A stretch of DNA of 62,619 bases, filler included. It is 5 parts of 5 records of this genome, joined end to end, with 100 filler letters (N's around TTAATTAATTAA, not from the genome) between each part and the next. Parts side by side here need not be neighbours in the genome. Positions count along the whole stretch, not along the records: positions 12,199 to 40,211 come from DRR723986_4094; 4 more parts are not named here. The stretch is one strand, 5' to 3'. The position numbers and the translations under genes were made by a program. Shown piece by piece: positions 30,056 to 39,027 of the stretch. Numbering within the stretch: position 1 is the stretch's first letter; each line of letters opens with the position of its first letter. The notes under the pieces were generated by a model that was not told the origin of the DNA, searched no databases, and worked only from the letters and a program-made list of their open reading frames with translations.

Positions 30056-30987
30056 TGGCGCGACGCAACCTGTTCCAGCCCCCTCCCCCGCCGAGCGAGG
30101 CCCCTGCCCCCGAAAGCCGCTTTCCCGCCACCGGCGCCATGAGCGGCGTGCGCTCGACGCTCAAGGACCTGTCGAACAACGCGGTCCGCGAGCTCGAGAC
30201 AGAGCTGATCGACGATGGCGGTCCCTCCGACCGGCTAGCCTTCGGCGAGGCCGATGTGGCGGAACTGGCCGAGAGCATCCGCGCCCACGGCCAGCAAGTG
30301 CCGATCATGGTGCGTACCCTGCCCTCTCAGCCCGGACGCTTCCAGATCGTCTATGGCCGGCGGCGTCTCATGGCGCTGCGGGTGCTGGGCCAGCGCGCCA
30401 AGGCCTTGGTGCGCACGCTCGACGACGAAGAGGCGCTGTTTGCCCAAAGTCACGAGAACAACCAGCGGCTCGACCCCTCTTTCATCGAAAAGGCCCTTTT
30501 CCTGCGCGAGCTGACGAACGCAGGCTACGCTGACGAGGCGATCCGCGATGCGCTCGCCGTCGATGCGCCGATGTTTTCGCGAATGAAGTCCATCGCGGGC
30601 ACGATCCCGGTCGATGTCATCCACGAGATCGGCCCTGCGCACGGGATTGGACGCCGGCGGTGGGAGGCCTTGGCAAAACGGGCCGCGGCGCAATCCGTGG
30701 ACCTCTCCGCCTTCGCGAAGACCCTGCACTTGAAGGACATCCCCGGGTCGGTCGAACGGTTCGAGCGGCTTGCGGCGGCCGTGGACGGCCTTGTCGCTGC
30801 GCCCAAGCCCGAAAGCCGGTTGGTGGTCGTGGACGGCCACAGGCTGGGAGAATTGAGGCCCACCGCCCGCGCCCTGACCCTGAAGATGGTCCGTGCGGAC
30901 AATCCGGGCTTTACCGAATGGCTCGAAGACAACGCCGAAGACGCGTTGCGCGGGCTGTATGAGGCCTGGCAGTCGCACCGCGACTGA
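30055..30987 (+). CDS. repB: Plasmid partitioning protein RepB
   Basis: ParB box GQQVPIMVR, YGRRR, ENNQRLDPSFIEKALF, IGPAHGIGRRRW. Confidence 0.95.
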   Translation: MARRNLFQPPPPPSEAPAPESRFPATGAMSGVRSTLKDLSNNAVRELETELIDDGGPSDRLAFGEADVAELAESIRAHGQQVPIMVRTLPSQPGRFQIVYGRRRLMALRVLGQRAKALVRTLDDEEALFAQSHENNQRLDPSFIEKALFLRELTNAGYADEAIRDALAVDAPMFSRMKSIAGTIPVDVIHEIGPAHGIGRRRWEALAKRAAAQSVDLSAFAKTLHLKDIPGSVERFERLAAAVDGLVAAPKPESRLVVVDGHRLGELRPTARALTLKMVRADNPGFTEWLEDNAEDALRGLYEAWQSHRD

Positions 30988-31030
30988 CCGGACAAAAGCA
31001 ACACGAGGCAAGAGGAGCACGGAGCAGCCC

Positions 31031-31085
31031 GAAAAGAAAGAGCCCCCCAAGGTTATCCCCCGGAGAGCCCGATCTGTTCTTAGCA
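31031..31085 (-). ncRNA. RepABC counter-transcribed RNA (ctRNA)
   Basis: Antisense in repB-repC spacer; 13-bp stem GGGCUCUCCGGGG/CCUUGGGGGGCUC + UUUCUUUUC; upstream TTGACT (31114-31119) and TG-n-TAGATC (31092-31097). Ends approximate. Confidence 0.75.
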
Positions 31086-31222
31086 CCCTCAGATCTACCA
31101 CGATCTCTCCTGCAGTCAACACCAACTGATTCGGTTGGCAGGATTTCTGCGGCCTTTTGACAGCCAAACCTGTCTGCACGTTCACCCTTGGGCGGTCCGC
31201 ACATCGGATGCCGTGAAAAGTC

Positions 31223-32341
31223 ATGGGATTTCAACAGATCACCGCCACCCCTGGTGCGCGGAACGGGAAAGCTTTGTCCGCGGACAACTCCGGGGATCAG
31301 CCCCCTGCCAAACATCTCGTCATGGACGTTCTGCGCCATGCGGCTCCGCTTCTCGGGTTGAAGCCGCCGGTCCTTGCAACGCTGGATGCGATGCTGTCCT
31401 GCCTGCCTCCCAAACGGTCGCACAACACTGTCTTCGCCTCGAACGACACGCTGGTGCACCGGCGCGATGGGATTTCAGAGCGCACCATCCGCCGCCATGT
31501 GCTGCAACTCGTCGACGCCGGGCTGCTGATGCGACAGGACAGCGCCAACCGCAAACGCTACGTGCGCCGCAGTGCCGCTTTGGGGGCCTGCATTCGTTTC
31601 GGCTTTGACCTCTCCCCGCTGTTCCAGCGGTATGAGGAACTCGTCTCCCTCGCCGCCGAGGCCATCGCGCGGCGAGAGCGGATCGGCTTGCTCAAGGCGC
31701 AACTGAGGGCTGCCATGTCCCAGCGGTTGCAGGTCGATCCGGAGGATCCCACGGCTTTGGACATCCGGCGCGCCCTGAGGCGGACCCTTTCGGAGGAAGA
31801 ATGTCGCGCCCTTCTCGCGACCGTCGAAAGCCCTGTGGCTATCTGTACGGATGACAACGCAGGCTGTGACGCCGAACCGACCGAGATGACCGGCAGAGAC
31901 GGACAAAATGTCCGGCACCATCATAACTCAAATAAAGAACTTAATGATAAGAAGGCTGCCGCCGTTGCGCCCCCCATGCCGTCGAAGGTCGTGACCACCT
32001 GCCCCGAAGCCCTTTCGTTCTGCGACGGTTCGATCACGACGGAACAGGATATCGTTCGAAACAGCCGCATCTTGGCCCCGATGGTCGGCATCTCTCCAAG
32101 GCTTTACGCCGAGGCCGAGGATCGGAACGGACGGGTCCCGACCGCGATCGCGGTCTTTGCAATGATAGAACTCCAGTCGGTCATTCGATCCATCCCGGCC
32201 TACTTCCGCACGCTGACAGGATCGAAAGTCGGGAAAGGCCTCGATGTGAACAGGCTTCTGGCCTACGTCGAGACCTACCGCCGACAACGGGCGACTGGGC
32301 GATTGTCCGCGGACAAAACTGGCTTTGAGATGCCGTGTTGA
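31223..32341 (+). CDS. repC: Plasmid replication initiator RepC
   Basis: VFASNDTL, SERTIRRHV..LVDAGLL.RQDSANRKRY, GFDLSPL, IRSIPAYFRTL. Confidence 0.95.
   Translation: MGFQQITATPGARNGKALSADNSGDQPPAKHLVMDVLRHAAPLLGLKPPVLATLDAMLSCLPPKRSHNTVFASNDTLVHRRDGISERTIRRHVLQLVDAGLLMRQDSANRKRYVRRSAALGACIRFGFDLSPLFQRYEELVSLAAEAIARRERIGLLKAQLRAAMSQRLQVDPEDPTALDIRRALRRTLSEEECRALLATVESPVAICTDDNAGCDAEPTEMTGRDGQNVRHHHNSNKELNDKKAAAVAPPMPSKVVTTCPEALSFCDGSITTEQDIVRNSRILAPMVGISPRLYAEAEDRNGRVPTAIAVFAMIELQSVIRSIPAYFRTLTGSKVGKGLDVNRLLAYVETYRRQRATGRLSADKTGFEMPC
31274..31287. repeat. Putative parS palindrome, copy 1
   Basis: TTGTCCGCGGACAA, perfect 14-bp palindrome, identical to 32303-32316. Confidence 0.7.
32303..32316. 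repeat. Putative parS palindrome, copy 2
   Basis: TTGTCCGCGGACAA. Confidence 0.7.
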
Positions 32342-32553
32342 AGACGGTCCATCGAGCGGAAGGCGGAGGCCAGACCGTGCGAGGGCTCGTCGGTCAGCCC
32401 CTCGGGCGACCGCGACTCCAAGAAACGTCTGCTTCAATGAGCGGCGGTAGAACCACCCCCGCCAACGTGAGACTAGCCTCGCCCCAACGCGCGCGCATGA
32501 AAAAGGCCGCGATCCGAAGACCGCGGCCCATGGGCTGCCTGCAAGGCGCCCGT

Positions 32554-34143
32554 TCAGTTCTTTTCGACCAGCCGGTAGAAGACGAGGTCGGAGCTTGCGC
32601 CGTGGACATAGCCAGAGACGTCCTCGTCCATGCCGACCTGAAGCGTCGCTTGATACATGATGACGAAGGGCGCCTTGGCCTGCACGTCCCGTTGCAGGTC
32701 GAGGTACATCTCCTTGCGCGCCTCGGGATCGCTTTCGGCAAGGGCCGCCATGGTGCGCTCGTTCATGCCGTCCGGCACGGCCCAGGCGTTGCGCCATGTC
32801 GTCGTCGAGGCATAGCCGTCGTCCGAGTTGTCCTTGTTGTAGGCGAAGGCCTTGGCGTTCGAATGGGGGTCGTTGAAGTCAGGCCCCCAGTACAGCATGA
32901 TCGCCTCGTGTTCGCGGGCGCGGTACTTGGTGATGATCGCCGCCGTGGTGCCCGGGACGATGTCGAAGTTGATGCCCGCCTCGGCAAAGCTCGCCTGAAT
33001 CGACTGCGCCACATCGGTGAAGGGGGCGAAGTTGAAGACGTCCATCTCGACATTGATCGGCAGGTCGACACCGGCGTCGGCGAGGATCTGTTTCGCCTTT
33101 TCGGGATCGTAGCTGAAGGGGGTGTCTTCCAGCGCGCCGGGGAAGCCCTTGGGCCAGAACGCTTGATGCGTTTCCATTTGCCCCTTGAGCAGGGTGGAGG
33201 TCAGGCCCTCGTAGTCGATCAGGTAGCGCGAGGCCTCCCAGAGCGCCTCGGACTGAAGCTCCGGAACCTTCTGGTTGAACGAGATGAAGTGGATGGCGGC
33301 CTGCGGATAGATGCCGACCTCGAAGCCGTCCTCGGGCAGGGCGGCGATCTGTTCCGGCGTCATGTTGCGCGCGATATCGACGTCACCCTGTTCCAGCAGC
33401 AGTTGCTGGGTCGCGGCCTCGGCGACGTGGCGGATGATGATCTGCTCCATCTTCGGCGCGCCCTTGTAGTAGTCGGGGTTCGCCGTCAGCCGCAGCATCT
33501 CGGCCGGGCGGTACATCTGCATCTTGTAGGCGCCGGAGCCGGCGGAGTTGGTGTTGAGCCAGGCATTGCCCATGTCGCCGTCGACCTCGTTTTCCATCAC
33601 GAGCTGACTGTCGACAATCGACGCCGGGCGGGCGGCGAGTACGTTCATCACGAAGGCCGGAGAGAAGTCGCCGTCGTATTTCAGAGTGACGGTGTTGCCC
33701 TCGCCCGAAACCATCTCTTCGACGTTCTCGGGCGTCCAGCCCAGCTGCGTCAGGATGAAGGCCGGGTTCTTGTTCAGCGCCACGACGCGCTTGAAGCTGT
33801 AGATCACATCGGCGGCGGTGACGGGGTTGCCGGAGTGGAAGGTCACGCCATCGCGCAGGGTAAAGGTGATGGTGCGGGCCTCGGCATCCGCCTCCCAGCT
33901 TTCCGCGAGGCCGCCGACCAATTCGGTGGTGTCCTCGGCATCGTATTGCACGAGGCGGTCGTAGACGTTGGCCATGTATTCGGACGAGGTGAACTCATAG
34001 GCCTGCGCGGGGTCCAGAGCGACGATGTCGTCGATGTTCTGCGCCACCACCAGCACGTTCGGCGGCGTGTCCGACAGGGCAGGGGTGCCGATCAGGGTCA
34101 GGCCGGTCAGGGCCGCCGCGATCAGGCTGAGGGGTTTCTTCAT
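32554..34143 (-). CDS. Family-5 ABC substrate-binding protein (DdpA/DppA-like)
   Basis: Signal peptide; LDPAQAYE, LAESWE, FTLRDGVTFHSGNPVTAADV, WGPDFNDP. Confidence 0.92.
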   Translation of the reverse strand: MKKPLSLIAAALTGLTLIGTPALSDTPPNVLVVAQNIDDIVALDPAQAYEFTSSEYMANVYDRLVQYDAEDTTELVGGLAESWEADAEARTITFTLRDGVTFHSGNPVTAADVIYSFKRVVALNKNPAFILTQLGWTPENVEEMVSGEGNTVTLKYDGDFSPAFVMNVLAARPASIVDSQLVMENEVDGDMGNAWLNTNSAGSGAYKMQMYRPAEMLRLTANPDYYKGAPKMEQIIIRHVAEAATQQLLLEQGDVDIARNMTPEQIAALPEDGFEVGIYPQAAIHFISFNQKVPELQSEALWEASRYLIDYEGLTSTLLKGQMETHQAFWPKGFPGALEDTPFSYDPEKAKQILADAGVDLPINVEMDVFNFAPFTDVAQSIQASFAEAGINFDIVPGTTAAIITKYRAREHEAIMLYWGPDFNDPHSNAKAFAYNKDNSDDGYASTTTWRNAWAVPDGMNERTMAALAESDPEARKEMYLDLQRDVQAKAPFVIMYQATLQVGMDEDVSGYVHGASSDLVFYRLVEKN

Positions 34144-34274
34144 GGGATGACCTCCTGTTGGGCTGTTCCGCCGCCATTGCAGTGCGACAGTTGGGATTCA
34201 CGTGACCGGAAAGGACCGGGTGACGTAAAATATTTTTACTGTAAGCAGAACGGCCTTTACATGAAAAGAACTTT

Positions 34275-34291
34275 TGTTCGTAATGCGGACA
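34275..34291. promoter_or_regulatory. Palindromic operator candidate in divergent promoter
   Basis: TGTTCG-TAATG-CGGACA; nearby GTAAAA-TAT-TTTTAC (34226-34239 region). Confidence 0.45.
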
Positions 34292-34323
34292 ATCTGAGGC
34301 GGTAACTGAAGAGGATCAGGCGT

Positions 34324-35379
34324 TTGGCTGCCAATTTGTCCGATACTGGCGGAAGAAGCGCCTTGGCGCTGGATCTGATGGCCGGGGCAGGGCGATTCGT
34401 CGTCGTCACGGCCTTCACCTTCCTTGGCCTGCTGGCGATCACCTTCTTCATCGGCCGCGTGGTGCCGATCGACCCGGTCGTCTCGGTCGTGGGCGACCGC
34501 GCCCCGCAAGAGGTCTACGAGGCGACCCGCCTTGCAATGGGCCTCGACAAGCCCTTGGTGGTGCAGTTCGCGATCTATGTGCGGGACGTGCTGACGGGCG
34601 ATCTGGGCATGTCCCTGACAACGGGGCGCCCGGTGATCGAGGATCTTGCGCGCTTCTTCCCGGCCACCATAGAGATGGCGACGGCGGGCATCCTGATCGG
34701 TGTCCTGTTGGGCGTGCCGATGGGGGTCATCGCGGCGGCGCGGGCGGGAAGCTGGCTGGATCAGGGCATCCGCGTGCTAGGGCTTCTGGGCTATTCGGTG
34801 CCGGCCTTCTGGATGGGGCTGGTGGGGCTGGCGGTCTTCTACGCAGGCCTTGGCTGGGTCGCGGGGCCGGGGCGGATCGACATCTTCTACGACGGGCTGG
34901 TGCCCACGGTGACGGGCCTTCTGACGGTGGACGCGGCTCTCGCCGGGGACTGGACGGTCTTCGGCAACGCGCTCTCGCATCTGGTTCTGCCCGCCGCGAT
35001 CCTCGGCTTCTTCAGCCTCGCCTATATCGCGCGCATGACGCGCAGCTTCATGCTGGACCAGCTGGCGCAAGAGTTCGTGACGACCGCCCGGGTCAAGGGC
35101 GTCAGCGAGCGGGCGGTGATCTGGAAACACGCCTTCTACCCGATCCGGGTGCAACTGGTGACGGTGATCGGCCTCAGCTACGCGGTGTTGCTGGAAGGCT
35201 CCGTCATGGTCGAGATCGTGTTTTCATGGCCGGGGATCGGCAACTACCTGACGACGGCGCTTCTGCGCGCGGACATGGCGGCGGTGATGGGGGCGACGAT
35301 CCTGATCGGGACGGTCTTCATCGTCATCAACCGCCTGTCCGACCTCTTGTACCGGGTCTTCGACCCGAGGAGCCGCTGA
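34324..35379 (+). CDS. Peptide ABC permease (DdpB/DppB-like)
   Basis: GLDKPL..QF, FPATIEMA, TARVKGVSE, FSWPGIG; start uncertain. Confidence 0.92.
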   Translation: MAANLSDTGGRSALALDLMAGAGRFVVVTAFTFLGLLAITFFIGRVVPIDPVVSVVGDRAPQEVYEATRLAMGLDKPLVVQFAIYVRDVLTGDLGMSLTTGRPVIEDLARFFPATIEMATAGILIGVLLGVPMGVIAAARAGSWLDQGIRVLGLLGYSVPAFWMGLVGLAVFYAGLGWVAGPGRIDIFYDGLVPTVTGLLTVDAALAGDWTVFGNALSHLVLPAAILGFFSLAYIARMTRSFMLDQLAQEFVTTARVKGVSERAVIWKHAFYPIRVQLVTVIGLSYAVLLEGSVMVEIVFSWPGIGNYLTTALLRADMAAVMGATILIGTVFIVINRLSDLLYRVFDPRSR

Positions 35380-36281
35380 TGACCCTGCACGACTGGTTGA
35401 CGGATGACGCGCCGGCGTCTCGGTGGCAGGCGCAGGCGGGGCAGATGTGGTCCATCGCGCGGGCCTTCGCGCGCAATCCGCTGGCCATGCTGGGGGCCGC
35501 GATCATCGGGGTGCTGGTATTCGTGGCGGTCTTCGCGCCGTGGTTGGCGCCGTACTCTCCGGTGGGACAGGACCTTGGGGCGCGGCTGCTGCCGCCTTCG
35601 GCCTCGCACTGGATGGGCACCGACGAGCTGGGCCGCGACATCCTCAGCCGCATCATCCACGGCGCGCGGATCACGCTGGTGATCGTGGTCATGGTGGCAG
35701 TGATCTCGGCGCCGCTCGGGCTGCTGATCGGGGCGGTCGCGGGCTACTTCGGCGGCTGGGTGGACCGGGTGCTGATGGCGCTGACGGATGTCTTCCTGTC
35801 GCTGCCCAAGCTGATCCTTGCGCTGGCCTTCGTGGCGGCGCTGGGGGCGGGGTTGCAGAACGCCATCATCGCCATCGCCGTGACCGCATGGCCCGCCTAT
35901 GCGCGGATCGCGCGGGCCGAGACGCTGACCTTCCGCAACGCAGAGTTCATCGCGGCGGTGCGGTTGCAAGGCGCCTCGCACCTGCGGGTGATCGGGCTGC
36001 ACGTCATGCCTCTTTGCCTGTCCTCGACCATCATCCGGGTGACGCTGGACATGGCGGGGATCATCCTGACCGCCGCGGGCTTGGGCTTCCTCGGCCTTGG
36101 CGCGCAACCGCCCTTGCCGGAGTGGGGGGCGATGATCTCGCGCGGGCGGTCGTTCATCCTCGACCAATGGTGGGTGGCGACCATGCCGGGCTTCGCCATC
36201 ATCATCGTGTCGCTCGGCTTCTGCTTCCTCGGCGACGGGCTGCGCGACGTGCTCGACCCCAAGCAGCGGGAGGGCCGGTGA
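35379..36281 (+). CDS. Peptide ABC permease (DdpC/DppC-like)
   Basis: HWMGTDELGRDILSRIIHG, LGFLGLGAQPPLPEWG, LGDGLRDVLDP. Confidence 0.93.
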   Translation: MTLHDWLTDDAPASRWQAQAGQMWSIARAFARNPLAMLGAAIIGVLVFVAVFAPWLAPYSPVGQDLGARLLPPSASHWMGTDELGRDILSRIIHGARITLVIVVMVAVISAPLGLLIGAVAGYFGGWVDRVLMALTDVFLSLPKLILALAFVAALGAGLQNAIIAIAVTAWPAYARIARAETLTFRNAEFIAAVRLQGASHLRVIGLHVMPLCLSSTIIRVTLDMAGIILTAAGLGFLGLGAQPPLPEWGAMISRGRSFILDQWWVATMPGFAIIIVSLGFCFLGDGLRDVLDPKQREGR

Positions 36282-37099
36282 TGCTGGAACTGCGCAACCT
36301 TCGCGTAAGCTTTCCCGGCCCGCGCGGCCCTGTCGAGGTGGTGCGCGGCGTCTCCTTCGACCTTGGCCGGGAGCGGCTGGGGATCGTCGGCGAAAGCGGC
36401 TCTGGCAAGTCGCTGACGGGCCGCGCGATCCTGCGGCTGCTGCGCCCGCCCGCGCGGGTCAGCGTGGACCGGCTGGCCTTCGACGGGCAGGACCTGATGG
36501 CGATGAGCGACCGCCAGATGCGGGCGATCAGGGGCGCGCGGATCAGCATGGTGATGCAGGACCCGCGCTATTCGCTGAACCCGGTGATGACCGTGGGCGA
36601 CCAGATCGCCGAGGCCCTGCGCGTCCACGAACGCCTGCCGCGCCGCGCGCTCCACGCCCGCGTGGCCGAGATGCTGGAGCGGGTGCGCATCCACGATCCC
36701 GAGCGGGTGATGCGGCTTTACCCGCACGAGGTCTCGGGCGGTATGGGCCAGCGCGTCATGATCGCCATGATGCTGATCCCGAAACCCGGTATCCTGATCG
36801 CGGACGAGCCGACCAGCGCGCTGGACGTCAGCGTCCAGGCACAGGTGCTGGACCTGATCGAAGAGATGATCGCCGCGAACGGCATGGGGCTGATCCTGAT
36901 CTCGCATGACCTCGACCTCGTGGCGCGCTACTGCGACCGCGTTCTGGTGATGAACCGCGGCGAAGTGGTCGAAGAGCTGATGGCCGGGCAGTTGCACGCG
37001 GCGATGCATCCCTACACGCGCGGTTTGCTGGAGGCGGTGCCGCGCATGGACGAGACGCGCCGGGTGTTGCCGGTGATGGATCGGGGGGCCGGCACATGA
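36281..37099 (+). CDS. Peptide ABC ATP-binding protein (DdpD-like)
   Basis: ATG at 36281; GESGSGKS, YPHEVSGGMGQR, ADEPTSALD, HPYTRGLL. Confidence 0.93.
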   Translation: MLELRNLRVSFPGPRGPVEVVRGVSFDLGRERLGIVGESGSGKSLTGRAILRLLRPPARVSVDRLAFDGQDLMAMSDRQMRAIRGARISMVMQDPRYSLNPVMTVGDQIAEALRVHERLPRRALHARVAEMLERVRIHDPERVMRLYPHEVSGGMGQRVMIAMMLIPKPGILIADEPTSALDVSVQAQVLDLIEEMIAANGMGLILISHDLDLVARYCDRVLVMNRGEVVEELMAGQLHAAMHPYTRGLLEAVPRMDETRRVLPVMDRGAGT

Positions 37100-37854
37100 G
37101 CGCGCTGAAGATAGAGAGCCTGCGGGTGCGCTACGGGCGGACCGAGGTGGTCAGCGACGTGTCCCTGTCGGTGGCGCGGGGCGAAAGCTATGCGCTGGTG
37201 GGCGAGAGCGGATCGGGCAAGTCTACGATCCTGCGCGCGGTCTGCGGCATGGTGCCCGATTGGTCGGGGTCGATCCGCGTCGAGGGCGAACCGCGCGCCA
37301 CGATGGGGCAGGGGGCCTTCGCGCGCCATTGCCAGATGGTGTTTCAGGACCCCTACGCGTCGCTGCACCCGCGCCGGACGGTGGACGCGACCCTGTCGGA
37401 GCCGCTGAAGATCCACGGCATCGGCGACCGCGACGCGCGGGTCGTCGAGACGCTGCGCAGCGTGGGTCTGGACCCCCGCTACCGCTTCCGCTTTCCGCAC
37501 CAGCTGTCCGGCGGGCAGCGCCAGCGGGTGGCGATCGCCCGCGCCCTGATGCTGGACCCGAAGCTTCTGCTGCTGGACGAACCGACAAGCGCGCTGGACG
37601 TCAGCGTGCAGGCGGAGATCCTGAACCTGCTCGTCCGGCTCCGGGCCGAGCGCGGGCTGACCTATGTCCTCGTGACCCACGCCCTGCCGGTGGTCAGCTT
37701 CCTCTGCGACCGGCTGGGGGTGCTGCACAAGGGGCGCATGGTCGAAGAGGCCCCGGTCGATGTGCTGCGCCGGGGCGCCTTCTCGCAGCCCTACACGCGC
37801 GAGCTTTACGCGGCCTCGCTGGGCGCCGGAGAGCGGGTGTGCGATGCGGGGTAG
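37096..37854 (+). CDS. Peptide ABC ATP-binding protein (DdpF-like)
   Basis: GESGSGKST, FQDPYASL, LSGGQRQR, LDEPTSALD. Confidence 0.93.
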   Translation: MSALKIESLRVRYGRTEVVSDVSLSVARGESYALVGESGSGKSTILRAVCGMVPDWSGSIRVEGEPRATMGQGAFARHCQMVFQDPYASLHPRRTVDATLSEPLKIHGIGDRDARVVETLRSVGLDPRYRFRFPHQLSGGQRQRVAIARALMLDPKLLLLDEPTSALDVSVQAEILNLLVRLRAERGLTYVLVTHALPVVSFLCDRLGVLHKGRMVEEAPVDVLRRGAFSQPYTRELYAASLGAGERVCDAG

Positions 37855-37962
37855 GGGGGCTGACAGCGCCGGCCGCCCGGGCCGGACGCGGGCGGGCGCG
37901 GCGATGGTTTTCCGCGCGACGGGCCCCGGAACCGTGCTAAGGGCAGGGCAGGAGGGCGCATC

Positions 37963-38565
37963 TTGGACGCAAGCGAAATCGAGCAAGACGCGTGGATCGG
38001 CGGCATGATCCGGGCGCGGCGGCAAAAGCAGAACCTGACCCTGCAGGAGGTGTCCGAAGCGGCGGGCATCTCGACGGGCTACCTGTCCCTGATCGAGCGC
38101 GACAAGGCCACGCCGACCCTGACCACGCTGGCGCGCATCGCCGCCGCGCTGGGGGTGGGGATCGACGCCTTCGTCGGCAAGCCCACGCCCGCCGATTGCG
38201 TCACCCGCGAAGGCGAGCGCCCGCAATTCCTGCTGAACTCCGCGCTGGTGCGCTACGAACGGCTGGGTGCAGTCTTTCCGGGCTCGGAGCTGTCGTGCTT
38301 CATCCTGACCATCGACCCCGGCTACCGCTCGGAGCAGACGCTGCACGACGGCGAGGAAACCTTTTACGTCCTGTCCGGGCGGATCGAATTCACCCTCGAC
38401 GGGCAGCGGATGGAACTCGGCGCGGGGGATTCCGCGCATTACGATTCCAACCGCGACCACGGCTGGGGCAATCCCTTCGATCAACCCGCGCGGGTGCTGT
38501 GGACCGGGACGATCGACTTCTTCGGCGACCGCAGCGCCGAGGTGTCAGAGCAGCGGCCCGAGTGA
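37963..38565 (+). CDS. XRE-HTH + cupin transcriptional regulator (PuuR-like)
   Basis: LTLQEVSEAAGISTGYLSLIER..ATPTL; cupin HDGEETFYVLSG...GDSAHY..H. Confidence 0.93.
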   Translation: MDASEIEQDAWIGGMIRARRQKQNLTLQEVSEAAGISTGYLSLIERDKATPTLTTLARIAAALGVGIDAFVGKPTPADCVTREGERPQFLLNSALVRYERLGAVFPGSELSCFILTIDPGYRSEQTLHDGEETFYVLSGRIEFTLDGQRMELGAGDSAHYDSNRDHGWGNPFDQPARVLWTGTIDFFGDRSAEVSEQRPE

Positions 38566-39027
38566 GCGCGCCCTGACATAGGCGGCGTGGGCGGGGGCGC
38601 TGAGCGTTTCCTCTGTCACCGTCACGCGGTCGGGGGTGTAGTGCTGCTCTTCGTGCAGGATGTTCATGGTCGCCACAAGCTGCCCGTTCTGGCGGATCGG
38701 CAGGTTGATGACGGAGCCGCAGCCAAGCCGGCCGATCAACTCATGGTCGGGAAAGACCGTGGCGATGTCGTCCAGCGTGTTGGCGACGAAGGTCTTGCCG
38801 TCCCGGTGGACGTGGTCGAACCAGCGGTTCGGAGTGATCGGTTTGGTGCCCTCCGCCGGGTAATTCACCGGATCGCTGCTGTAGGCACGGCGGGCGAGCA
38901 TCGCCTCGATGTCCACGGTCATGATGGTGAAGAGTTTGGCGCCGACGGTCTCTTGCACGAGGTCTTGCAGGGCGCGCCATGCCTCGTCGGGGGTCTTGGC
39001 GGCGGCGAGGGCGGTGTCGAAGCTCAT
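38545..39027 (-). CDS. Stand-alone GAF-domain protein
   Basis: VGAKLFT, RAYSSDPVNYP..GTK, FPDHELI..LGCGSVINLP...ATMNILH. Confidence 0.8.
   Translation of the reverse strand: MSFDTALAAAKTPDEAWRALQDLVQETVGAKLFTIMTVDIEAMLARRAYSSDPVNYPAEGTKPITPNRWFDHVHRDGKTFVANTLDDIATVFPDHELIGRLGCGSVINLPIRQNGQLVATMNILHEEQHYTPDRVTVTEETLSAPAHAAYVRARSLGPLL

Noticed and set aside
12326-34305. Long plus-strand ORFs (614, 819, 522, 691, 656 aa)
   Set aside because: Antisense shadows of real minus-strand genes; no motifs, typical of high-GC codon bias
35423-37099. 558-aa ORF
   Set aside because: Off-frame extension over the DppC-like gene; real ATPase starts at 36281
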